A stretch of DNA of 21,873 nt from Chlorokybus atmophyticus (taxonomy: Eukaryota; Plantae; Mesostigma and Chlorokybus algae), in assembly GCA_009103225.1 (NCBI GenBank), contig RHPI01002464.1, forward strand, positions 1 through 21,873, written 5' to 3'. Of the stretch, positions 1-8,215 are shown in pieces; position 1 is the first letter of the stretch; each line of letters opens with the position of its first letter. Position numbers and translations under genes: made by a program. The notes beneath the pieces are model-generated. The model was not told the origin of the DNA. It ran no database searches and worked only from the letters and a program-made list of their open reading frames with translations.

Positions 1-903
1 ATTCCCATGGCATCAAGCTCGCGCGTGCATGTGAAGGTGCCAAAGCCCAAGCCATTCAAGGGTCAACGTGATGGAGATGCAGTGGGTGAATGGATTTTTC
101 AAGTATCGTCTTGGTTGAAGCTCACGGAGGTGCCCACGCATCTGCACGTGGAGGTTGCGGCGACCTTGCTTGAAGGTGCGGCACTTGTGTGGTGGACGCA
201 TCGATGTACGCGAGTTGCAAACGGGTTGGCGCTACCATTGACCACCATGGAAGAGTTGGCACTGGAGGTCAGGCATCAATTTGTTCCCGTTGAGAGCGTG
301 AAGGCCGCACGCGACAAACTTGCAGCCCTTGTGCAAATGGGGTCGGTGATGGCGTACACGGCCGCGTTTCAGCGATTGGTGATGTCCATACCCAATATGA
401 CCGAGGAGGAGCAGTTGGACAGGTATACACGTGGTTTAAAACCTTTGGGGCGTAAAGAAGTGGAGCTACGGGACCCCAAGACACTCGCGGAGGCTATACG
501 CATCGCGGAGCGTCTCGACGCGTTGTACTTCAAGTCCACCACAAGAAACACTGACTGGAGGCAAAGGCATGGTGATCAGCCCCGGGGAGGCTTTCAACAT
601 GCATGGAGACGAGGAGAACCAAGTTCAGCACTTGCCAATGGAGGTGGAGCGGACTCTGGGCCTGCACCAATGGAGGTGGGTGCCATACACACGCATGGAA
701 GTGAGGCGAAGCACGGCGGACGTAATGAAAGAGGTAAAGGTGTGCGCAAGTGTTATGCGTGTGGGTCGACGGAGCATTTGGCGTACGGATGCCCCAAACG
801 AAGCACGCAAAGGCCAACACCGGATGGCAACCCTCGCCGTGATCGTCGCGTCAACACCATGGAGCAAAATGGCGTGGAGCAGGAAAACGACTTCCCCCAG
901 TAG
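1..903 (+). CDS. gag: Gag, copy A (5'-partial)
   Basis: Frame is open from base 1 and matches copy B Gag, whose start lies further upstream. Retrotransposon Gag core (KPKPFKG...W...LEGAALVWW) and CX2CX4HX4C knuckle CYACGSTEHLAYGC; stop TAG 901-903. Confidence 0.95.
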   Translation: MPMASSSRVHVKVPKPKPFKGQRDGDAVGEWIFQVSSWLKLTEVPTHLHVEVAATLLEGAALVWWTHRCTRVANGLALPLTTMEELALEVRHQFVPVESVKAARDKLAALVQMGSVMAYTAAFQRLVMSIPNMTEEEQLDRYTRGLKPLGRKEVELRDPKTLAEAIRIAERLDALYFKSTTRNTDWRQRHGDQPRGGFQHAWRRGEPSSALANGGGADSGPAPMEVGAIHTHGSEAKHGGRNERGKGVRKCYACGSTEHLAYGCPKRSTQRPTPDGNPRRDRRVNTMEQNGVEQENDFPQ

Positions 904-940
904 GTGAGGAGGCTACTGCTGGGGATAGGAAGGAGCCTCA
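882..940 (+). other. Candidate gag-pol -1 ribosomal frameshift signal (G GAA AAC plus downstream stem/pseudoknot)
   Basis: The pol frame is -1 to gag and open from 843, overlapping gag to 903. GGAAAAC at 882-888 is in phase. 893-903 can pair with 913-925, and 905-909 TGAGG with 936-940 CCTCA. Confidence 0.6.
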
Positions 941-956
941 TGCACGGACGGATGCT

Positions 957-3900
957 GTGACATTTCCATTAAAGAAGCAAGAAGAGATGGCTTTGAACGC
1001 GCCAATGGTGGTGAGTTATGCAAACGAGGAGACAACAAAGTACTTCGGGCTTCGAGCACACATTTGCGATGACCAAGGACGATGGAGAGAGTGTAAGCTC
1101 ATGATTGATAGCGGTGCCAACAGCAACTTTATGAGTATTGATATTGCGCGGCGTTACGGTTGGCTTTCGTCATTACGAGGAGGTGAAGTGAAGCTCGCTG
1201 ATGGAGAGCCACCCTCTGGAGGTGATGGCGCTGCGTTTATGACCAAAGAGTTGTGCGTTCGCATTGGGAAGATGAAGGAGAGCATGCGATTTTGCTGCAT
1301 CACCCTACGGAACGGGTTTGATGGGATTTTGGGACTACCGTGGCTATGGCAACATAATCCAGCCATCAATTGGAGGAAGCGCGTGCTCACCATCGAGCGA
1401 AACGGTGGAGAGTCCATTCAAGCTGCATCGGACGTCATCGAGGCGCGGCACGCACAATTAGGTGGTACGACAATTGCCCAGATCTCTTATGTGCAATTGA
1501 GGAAGTTATTGTCTCCACGGAAGGCAAAGGCTGCATGGTTGTGCGTGGTGCGCGAAAACACTGCAAAGTCAGCACCGGAGCTGAGTGACGATGTTCAGAC
1601 GGCTACTATGGACCCCGAGGTGTGTAAACTTGTTAAAGAATACCAAGATATCATGGTGGACGGACTTCCATCTGGTCTACCACCTCCACGGAGCGTAGAC
1701 CACCGTGTGGAGCTGATTGAGGGCGTGCACAAGCCACCGTATCGACCCGTATACAAGTTGTCACCTTTGGAACTGGAAGAGGCCGAGAGGCAGGTGGCGG
1801 ACTTGCTGGAAAGAGGCTACATCAGGCCTAGTAAGTCCCCCTATGGTGCACCTATTTTGTTTGTACGAAAGAAGAACGGGAGCTTGCGCATGTGCGTCGA
1901 CTACCGAGCTCTCAACAACATCACGAAGAGGAATTGCTTTCCACTCCCACGTATCGACGAGTTGCTGGAGCAATTGCAAGGTGCGCAGTACTTCACAACA
2001 CTTGATCTTGCTGGAGGTTATCACCAAATTCGCATCGCGCCCGAGGATGTGGAGAAAACAGCTTTTAACACACGTTATGGGCACTACGAGTGGTTGGTCA
2101 TGTCCTTCGGACTTACGAACGCACCGGCAACATTTCAAACGCTTATGAACAGCGTTTTTGCTGACTTGATTGGTAAGGGAGTCCTCGTGTACCTCGACGA
2201 CATTTTGGTGTACGCGACAACAAAGGAGGAGCACGTGGCACTTCTACGGCGCGTGTTGCAGCGTTTGCGCGAACACAAGTTGTACGCCCAGCTACAAAAG
2301 TGCAAATTCTTGCTTCGAGAGGTGGAGTACCTAGGCCACATTGTGTCGCATGAAGGCATCAAGCCGGACCCCAACAAAGTGCAGGTGGTGCGCGAGTGGG
2401 CTGCCCCGACCAATGTAAAGGAGGTGATGTCCTTTTTAGGCCTTGCGGGGTATTATCGCAAGTTTATCATGGGGTTTTCGCGCATAGCTGCTCCCTTGAC
2501 TACCCTACTCAAGAAGGGAAAGCATTGGAGCTGGTCAGCAACAGAGGAACATGCATTTGCTGCGTTGAAGAAGGCGCTGACGGAGGCACCAGTCCTGGCT
2601 CACCCCAACATGGAAAAGACATTTATTTTGGCTTGCGACGCGTCCGACACAGCCGTAGGAGCTGTTTTGCAGCAAGACCATGGCAACGGCCTTCAACCAG
2701 TAGCATTCTTCAGCAAGAAGATGAGTGGTGCGGAGCTGAATTACCCCGTGCACGAGAAGGAACTTTTAGCGCAAGTCATGGCGCTACGACAATGGCGTTG
2801 TTTTTTGGAAGGCAAAAAGTTCGTGCTTGAGACGGATCACTCTCCACTGAGGTACTTACAAACACAACCTCATCTGAGTCGCAGACAAGCTCGATGGCTT
2901 GAGTTCTTTCAACTTTTTGACTTCGATATCAAGTACAAGCCCGGTACGTCAAATGGTGTTGCTGACGCGCTGAGCCGGCTTAATGCAATTGAGGCACTCG
3001 CTCAAGTGCAGCCCGAGTGGACCGACCAGATTCGGCAAGTGCTTCGTGAAGACACGGAGGGTATGAAAGTGTTGCAAGAGCTGGAAAATACAGCTACGGA
3101 CACAAGTGGGCACTGGTCAATGCGCGACGGGCTGCTGTGGCACCATGGGCGCTTGTACATCCCCAACGTCGCGCATATCCGTGTGAAGTTGCTGAAGGAA
3201 GCTCATGACGTGCCCATTGCTGGTCACCAAGGGTTGGAAAGGACTTTGGCAAGCTTAAAACAGCGTTTTTACTGGCGAGAGATGCATCGCGATGTGCGCG
3301 ACTACGTGGCGTTGTGCGACGCATGCCAAAGGGTGAAGGCAAGCAACCAAAAGCCAGGTGGGTTGCTGCAACCTCTCCCTGTGCCATTGTCCAAGTGGGA
3401 GCAAGTTACCATGGACTTTATCACGGGGCTACCAAAGACAAAAGAAGGGTACGACGCTATACTTGTGTTCGTCGATAAAACCAGCAAAATGGTACGCTTG
3501 GCACCGTGTAGTGAGTCTTGCACGGCACCGGAGGCAGCACGCTTGTTCGTGAAGCATGTATTTCGTTCTCATGGATTACCACGAAGCATTGTGAGTGATC
3601 GCGACCCGCGCTTTACAAGTAAGTTTTGGGAGGCGCTGCATAGTGCACTGGGTACCACACTGAAGTTTAGCACGGCATTCCACCCGCAAACTGATGGGCA
3701 AACGGAGCGGGCCAACCGTGTGATCGAGGACATGCTGCGTTGCTACGTTAACGCGCGACAAGACAATTGGGAGGAGCTGCTTGAGTTGGTTGAGTTTGCG
3801 ATCAACAACCACCACAATGCAAGCACAGGTGTCACTCCCTTCCTTATGAACTACGGGCAACATCCATTGACACCGTTGACGGCATGGACACCGCGACGAC

Positions 3901-4490
3901 ATGACGTGCGTGTGGAGGCAGCTAATGACTTCCTTACAAAGTGCGCGGACATTAACAAGGCAGCTAGGGATGCGTTATTGGTGGCACAAAATCGGCAGAA
4001 GCAATACGCGGACGCGCATCGCCGACACCTCACGTTTCAGGAAGGCGACATTGTGTTACTCTCCGCGAAGCACGTCCAGGTTCGTACGGGAGTTCGCAAG
4101 TTGAATGAACGCTGGTTGGGACCATTTAAGGTCAGCAAAGTTATCTCGGACGTGGCGTACAAGTTGGAGCTACCCGACACCATGCGTGTGCACCCCGTTT
4201 TTCACGTCTCCCTTCTGAAAGCATATCGAGGACAACCGCCAGAAAGGCCACCCCCCGAAGTTGGCACGGACGGTGAACCCGAGTGGGAGGTAGAAGACAT
4301 CCTTGGTGAGAAGTTTGTGCATGGCGTACGCAAGTTCTTAGTGAAATGGAAGGGCTATCCGTTGCATGAAGCATCCTGGGAGCCAGAGGCACACTTGACT
4401 AATGCTCAAGACGTTGTGCGTGCCTATCTCGCTCGACGACAACCTCGCGAGCTTCGAGGACGAAGCTCACCTGGGGGGGGAGGAGTGTAA
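957..4490 (+). CDS. pol: Pol polyprotein, copy A: aspartic protease, reverse transcriptase, RNase H, integrase, chromodomain (intact; probably expressed as Gag-Pol from ~885)
   Basis: LMIDSGANSNF (PR); PYRP..., CVDYRALN, YLDD (RT); ACDASD, TDHSPL (RH); HDVPIAGH...CDAC, MDFI, SDRD, TERAN (IN); GPFKV (GPY/F); WEVEDIL...FLVKWKGY...SWEP (chromodomain). Confidence 0.98.
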   Translation: MTFPLKKQEEMALNAPMVVSYANEETTKYFGLRAHICDDQGRWRECKLMIDSGANSNFMSIDIARRYGWLSSLRGGEVKLADGEPPSGGDGAAFMTKELCVRIGKMKESMRFCCITLRNGFDGILGLPWLWQHNPAINWRKRVLTIERNGGESIQAASDVIEARHAQLGGTTIAQISYVQLRKLLSPRKAKAAWLCVVRENTAKSAPELSDDVQTATMDPEVCKLVKEYQDIMVDGLPSGLPPPRSVDHRVELIEGVHKPPYRPVYKLSPLELEEAERQVADLLERGYIRPSKSPYGAPILFVRKKNGSLRMCVDYRALNNITKRNCFPLPRIDELLEQLQGAQYFTTLDLAGGYHQIRIAPEDVEKTAFNTRYGHYEWLVMSFGLTNAPATFQTLMNSVFADLIGKGVLVYLDDILVYATTKEEHVALLRRVLQRLREHKLYAQLQKCKFLLREVEYLGHIVSHEGIKPDPNKVQVVREWAAPTNVKEVMSFLGLAGYYRKFIMGFSRIAAPLTTLLKKGKHWSWSATEEHAFAALKKALTEAPVLAHPNMEKTFILACDASDTAVGAVLQQDHGNGLQPVAFFSKKMSGAELNYPVHEKELLAQVMALRQWRCFLEGKKFVLETDHSPLRYLQTQPHLSRRQARWLEFFQLFDFDIKYKPGTSNGVADALSRLNAIEALAQVQPEWTDQIRQVLREDTEGMKVLQELENTATDTSGHWSMRDGLLWHHGRLYIPNVAHIRVKLLKEAHDVPIAGHQGLERTLASLKQRFYWREMHRDVRDYVALCDACQRVKASNQKPGGLLQPLPVPLSKWEQVTMDFITGLPKTKEGYDAILVFVDKTSKMVRLAPCSESCTAPEAARLFVKHVFRSHGLPRSIVSDRDPRFTSKFWEALHSALGTTLKFSTAFHPQTDGQTERANRVIEDMLRCYVNARQDNWEELLELVEFAINNHHNASTGVTPFLMNYGQHPLTPLTAWTPRRHDVRVEAANDFLTKCADINKAARDALLVAQNRQKQYADAHRRHLTFQEGDIVLLSAKHVQVRTGVRKLNERWLGPFKVSKVISDVAYKLELPDTMRVHPVFHVSLLKAYRGQPPERPPPEVGTDGEPEWEVEDILGEKFVHGVRKFLVKWKGYPLHEASWEPEAHLTNAQDVVRAYLARRQPRELRGRSSPGGGGV
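4473..4485 (+). other. Polypurine tract, copy A
   Basis: GGGGGGGGAGGAG directly before the TG of the LTR. Confidence 0.93.
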
Positions 4491-4689
4491 CAGTCAAAGC
4501 CAAATTCTGTGATTTTCATGGCCGTTTTAGGCCTTATTTGTAAGGTACATGTTGTTAATGACTTGTGGCGGATATCGGCGAGTTATGAGTCTGCCGCGGA
4601 TATCGACCGGGGCCCCAAGACCAGTCCGGAAGGTGCCAGAAAACGGAGGGCCAGTCGAGAAGGGCTCGACCAGATTTCTGGAAGGGCCT
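4486..4689 (+). repeat. 3' LTR of copy A (first 204 bp only)
   Basis: Starts TGTAACAG and is nearly identical to the reverse complement of 16073-16276 and 21450-21653. Confidence 0.95.
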
Positions 4690-5032
4690 NNNNNNNNNNN
4701 NNNNNNNNNNNNNNNNNNNNNNNNNNNNNNNNNNNNNNNNNNNNNNNNNNNNNNNNNNNNNNNNNNNNNNNNNNNNNNNNNNNNNNNNNNNNNNNNNNNN
4801 NNNNNNNNNNNNNNNNNNNNNNNNNNNNNNNNNNNNNNNNNNNNNNNNNNNNNNNNNNNNNNNNNNNNNNNNNNNNNNNNNNNNNNNNNNNNNNNNNNNN
4901 NNNNNNNNNNNNNNNNNNNNNNNNNNNNNNNNNNNNNNNNNNNNNNNNNNNNNNNNNNNNNNNNNNNNNNNNNNNNNNNNNNNNNNNNNNNNNNNNNNNN
5001 NNNNNNNNNNNNNNNNNNNNNNNNNNNNNNNN
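4690..5032. other. Assembly gap (343 N)
   Basis: Run of N. True length is unknown, so adjacency of the two sides is not proven by this sequence. Confidence 1.
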
Positions 5033-6494
5033 AACCCAAACGCATTTGGCCGTGACGTGGCAACCTCGGCCGTCAGCAACCCTTCCCCAAGCAAGTGGAA
5101 GATTGGCAACGAGGTAAGCACTGTGTGACACTGTGACACTGTGTGTATGTGTGTAACGGATTGTTCTTCTGTGGACAGCATTTGCGAGATGCCGTCGTTG
5201 AAATCATAAACGGCCACTGGGTAGAGAGCCACGTTTATCCCAAGGAGGACACTATTCGTAACGTCATGTGTCAGGTGCTGTGAATGCTTCATGACCGCAC
5301 TGCACCGTGACACTGACCAACCTGCCCGTGACAGGTAGTTGGCTTCGACCATGACGATGAGGCCAATGCGGCCAAGTTCTATGAGGTGTACTGGACTCCC
5401 AAGGAGTGCCCCTTCCACTGGAGTGTCGCCCTGAAGAAAGCTACGCAGCTCCGGTCTAAGAACGTCACCAAGATCAAGCATGTCCTTCAGAAGGAGTACA
5501 AGTGGACACTGTTTAACAGCAACAAGCGCAAGTGAGTTGGGTCCCTCACCACCATGTCTGCTATGCAACACTGCCTTCTTACTCAGCCTCCATACACACG
5601 TACTCATCTCGCCTATTGTAACCGATTCAATCAGGCATATCGACGCCCTAATGGACCCCGAGACCCAAAAAGCCCAGATGCGCAACGCGCTCCAAAGTAA
5701 GTCACAGGCACTATTCTAGCCTGGTGCAGGCGCAACTTGAACTACCTATTTCGTGACCAATGCCTTATCGGTATGAATGTCGCAGACAAGTCATGGCGGA
5801 GATTTGAGGTGACCGACACTGCAGACTCGGAGCGAAGGAGATACATCCATGAATGGGGCAATCCCATAATCTGGCAAATGATCGTGCAATGCTGGTCTTA
5901 CGCCGTCACTACACCTGGTCGCCGGCAGCTGACAGTCAACCACCTCGCATACCTGTTGCTTACGGTGAGCACTCTGAACTCCATCATTAGCAATTCAGGA
6001 ATGCTGTAGCCCCAAACTACAGGCTTGCAGACGCGTTGCAGTGAATAGTGGCTTTCGATGCCACTAAGACATGCCTGTAAACTACGCAGGTGGAGCGCAT
6101 CCTAAAGGGCAAGGATGGAGACCCTCTCCTAGCTGCCAGCATAAACACACATGAAGAGTACCTCAGCGAAATCAACACCACGATCATGTCAATGAAGCGG
6201 GAGATGAGGCAACGGTACGCAGCCCTCCAGCCATTTACCCTTGTGAAACGCCGCACTGCATCTCGTGTCGAATACCTGAAAGATCCCAGTCGGCGCCGGC
6301 CGCAAGAGACAGCAGCTCGTGACCCGCTCGCTGAGGCAGAAGCGGCATTTGATTGGCTGGCACAACCGTTTGAGGAGGAAGAGCAAGCTCCGGCGTCTCC
6401 TCCACAGACCCCAGCGCGTGGTGCTTTGTTCCGTAAGAGCAAAGCGATGATGGAGAGGAGCTGTAGCGCAGTTGGTAGTCCGTTTAGCTGGTAG
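5033..6494 (+). CDS. Spliced gene of unknown function, 5'-partial, ~361 aa visible; predicted exons 5033-5113, 5179-5274, 5335-5531, 5635-5696, 5720-5964, 6090-6494
   Basis: GT..AG introns of 65, 60, 103, 23(?) and 125 nt (donors gtaagc, gtgctg, gtgagt, gtaagt, gtgagc; branch-like TAAC/CTGAC in several). Phases 0,0,2,1,0 join into one stop-free frame ending at TAG 6492-6494. Intron 4 is uncertain. Confidence 0.72.
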
Positions 6495-6824
6495 TGTATA
6501 TAGCTACAAGGCTCTTGTGACTGAGTGTTGTGCATCTTAAACCAGCTCAGTCAATCGTCATTATGCTCATGCACATCAATACTTGCATCCCTATGATATA
6601 CAACAGAACTGCATTCGAGTCACATAATCGAACTACAAGCCTTGGCAAGTGACTGAGAGACACTGTACACATTTCAGGTACATGTACACAGCACAAGCAC
6701 ATAACAATGCTGGAAGTCAGTGACAGTCGCGTGTAGTCAAGCTATGCAACTACATATGACGACAGTTAGGCATTAGTCACCTTCAGTTCTTAAAGAATGC
6801 CTTATTCTGTCGATAATTACCTAG

Positions 6825-7142
6825 TTGGTGCTTGTAAATTAGGCTTAGTCGCCTGCGCTGGACTGGTCTGTAACCTGCAGGTGCCTGTCACATAGGCTGA
6901 GTCATCTAAGTAAGACTGATGTGTAACTTACAGGTGCCCGTTGATTAGTTGTAGTCACCTAATAAGGCCTGATGTGTAACTAACCGTTGCCTGTAAATTA
7001 CACAAAGTCATTTGTTAAGGCCTGGTGTGTGACTAACAGGCGCCTGTTAATTATATAAAGTCACCTGTTAAGGCCTGATAGGTAACTATCAGGCGCCTGT
7101 TAGTTAGGCATAGTCAACTGTTAAGACTAAATTGTAACAAAA
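6825..7142. repeat. Diverged tandem repeat, 6 units of exactly 53 bp
   Basis: Units start at 6825, 6878, 6931, 6984, 7037 and 7090. Recurring blocks are caggYgcctgt, agtcacct, taaggcctg and tgtaact; a partial unit lies near 6764-6782. Confidence 0.88.
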
Positions 7143-7288
7143 AGGGCCTTACAGTAATGATAGTTACTATTAGTTCCCTGTATCAAGATTACAGGTGGCC
7201 TGAGCCACGACAGTCTAAATTAGCGTCCTTAGGTGCACGGCCGTTGCCAATATTTAGTCGGCCGGCAGGGAAAACATATTGCGACGAT

Positions 7289-7387
7289 CTTCTTGTGGAT
7301 GAGAAGCGCTTTTATCTCCACACACCATGTGCTGTAGTTGTCGATGTCCAACTTTGCGATCAACCCCTTGTCGTAGCTAGTTTCCAT
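7289..7387 (-). pseudogene. gag: Copia gag N-terminal fragment
   Basis: METSYDKGLIAKLDIDNYSTWCVEIKALLIHKK aligns with MATNYDKVTVEPLDADNYNTWSVRKKMLLVHKN at 10584. Confidence 0.85.
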
Positions 7388-7491
7388 CTTCGCCGCGCCT
7401 GCTCCTCTCTGGCAGATGGCACCCAAGACTCACAAGCTATCAAGGTGTGGTACTACAAATGTCTGCTTCTATCACACCCTTGACACGTGGT

Positions 7492-7505
7492 GTGGGCCCA
7501 TAACC
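7492..7505 (-). other. Primer binding site for tRNA-iMet 5' half (Copia 1)
   Basis: GGTTATGGGCCCAC directly after the LTR-terminal CA; complementary to the anticodon arm of plant-type initiator tRNA. Confidence 0.85.
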
Positions 7506-7628
7506 TGTCCAAGAAGCTAGCAACACATGTTGCTAAGGCTGATGCTGGACATGCACACATACAACTCTACAGCCGCGAGAGCATACACAAGGGCAACACT
7601 TTCACTTGATTACAACTCAAGAATGGGC

Positions 7629-7635
7629 TTTTATA
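7629..7635 (-). promoter_or_regulatory. TATA box of Copia 1 LTR
   Basis: TATAAAA in the same GCGGG...GCCC context as in the Copia 2 LTRs. Confidence 0.65.
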
Positions 7636-7851
7636 CCCGCTGCAGATACACCTGTCAACTCTCGAAGCAACTGTGTACGCTACACGTTACCTATCATCAT
7701 GAACTTTAAATGCATGACGTAGCTAACTTCAAGACCTTTCTAACAAGCTAAGCCACGCGCCAATCGGTGCAGTAACCACCGATTTATGAGTGTTCTTCTA
7801 CGCGCCTGGAAGTCGCGCCTGCAACCTTCTCTTCGACTGGAGTCTCCGCCT

Positions 7852-7888
7852 AGAACCTTCTTGAATGGAGTCCGCGCCTAGAACCTTC
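7852..7888. promoter_or_regulatory. Heat-shock-element-like sites in Copia 1 U3
   Basis: aGAAccTTCttGAAt at 7852-7866 is a perfect three-unit HSE consensus; a second GAAccTTC lies at 7881-7888. Confidence 0.55.
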
Positions 7889-8215
7889 TGGCGGCCAAAC
7901 CTTTGGAGTTGACGCCTATGCCTATATAAAGGGCAAGGCTGACCGGATATAGAATTATCCTCAACAAAGGCTGACCGGATATAGAAATATCATCAACAGA
8001 TGAGTCCCAGAAGGATGCCACTAAAGAAGTGGCATCTTTCTGCCCAACAAAAAGCATCTGAACGCTGTTGGTGCGCACAAGTGGTCGCACATTGACTACT
8101 AATCAGACCACGGCTCATTGCACGGTTCCCTCTCTACAAGGACCTAGCTGCAGTCTAGGAGCAATACCAGGTGGCCATTGGAGTAGTGGAGTTCCACATG
8201 TTTCGCCAACAACAA

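Larger units (their letters stand above)
1..4689 (+). mobile_element. Ty3/Gypsy chromovirus LTR retrotransposon, copy A (5' end outside the window, 3' LTR cut by the N gap)
   Basis: gag, then pol in PR-RT-RH-IN-chromodomain order, then PPT and TGTAACAG LTR start. Collinear, without indels, with the reverse complement of 16073-20761. Confidence 0.98.
7506..7966 (-). repeat. 5' LTR of Copia 1 (461 bp; terminal 32 bp duplicated again at 7967-7998)
   Basis: TG...CA ends. Shares the terminal ATCCGGTCAGC block, the GCGGGTATAAAAGCCC block and the AGCTTGTT block with the LTRs at 10003 and 13902. Confidence 0.85.
7289..7998 (-). mobile_element. Truncated Ty1/Copia element 1 (5' LTR, PBS, leader, start of gag)
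   Basis: On the - strand: LTR TGTTGA...GGACA, then GGTTATGGGCCCAC, then a Gag N-terminus homologous to the Gag at 10584; homology ends near 7289. Confidence 0.88.

Noticed and set aside
5119-5155. TG/CACTG-rich microsatellite-like tract
   Set aside because: Short low-complexity sequence inside predicted intron 1, with no sign of independent function.
4509-5685. Long ORFs of 168-376 aa on both strands around the gap
   Set aside because: They are long only because they run through 343 N. The real parts are LTR sequence or antisense to the spliced gene.
6825-7142. CRISPR-like array
   Set aside because: There is no invariant direct repeat with unique spacers, units are homologous over their whole length, no cas genes are present, and the context is eukaryotic.
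7143-7288. Terminal inverted repeat or Helitron end of a DNA transposon (CAGGGAAAAC, paired CGGCCG)
   Set aside because: No matching opposite end or TSD is visible in the window, and there is no clear hairpin-plus-CTRR end; unsupported.
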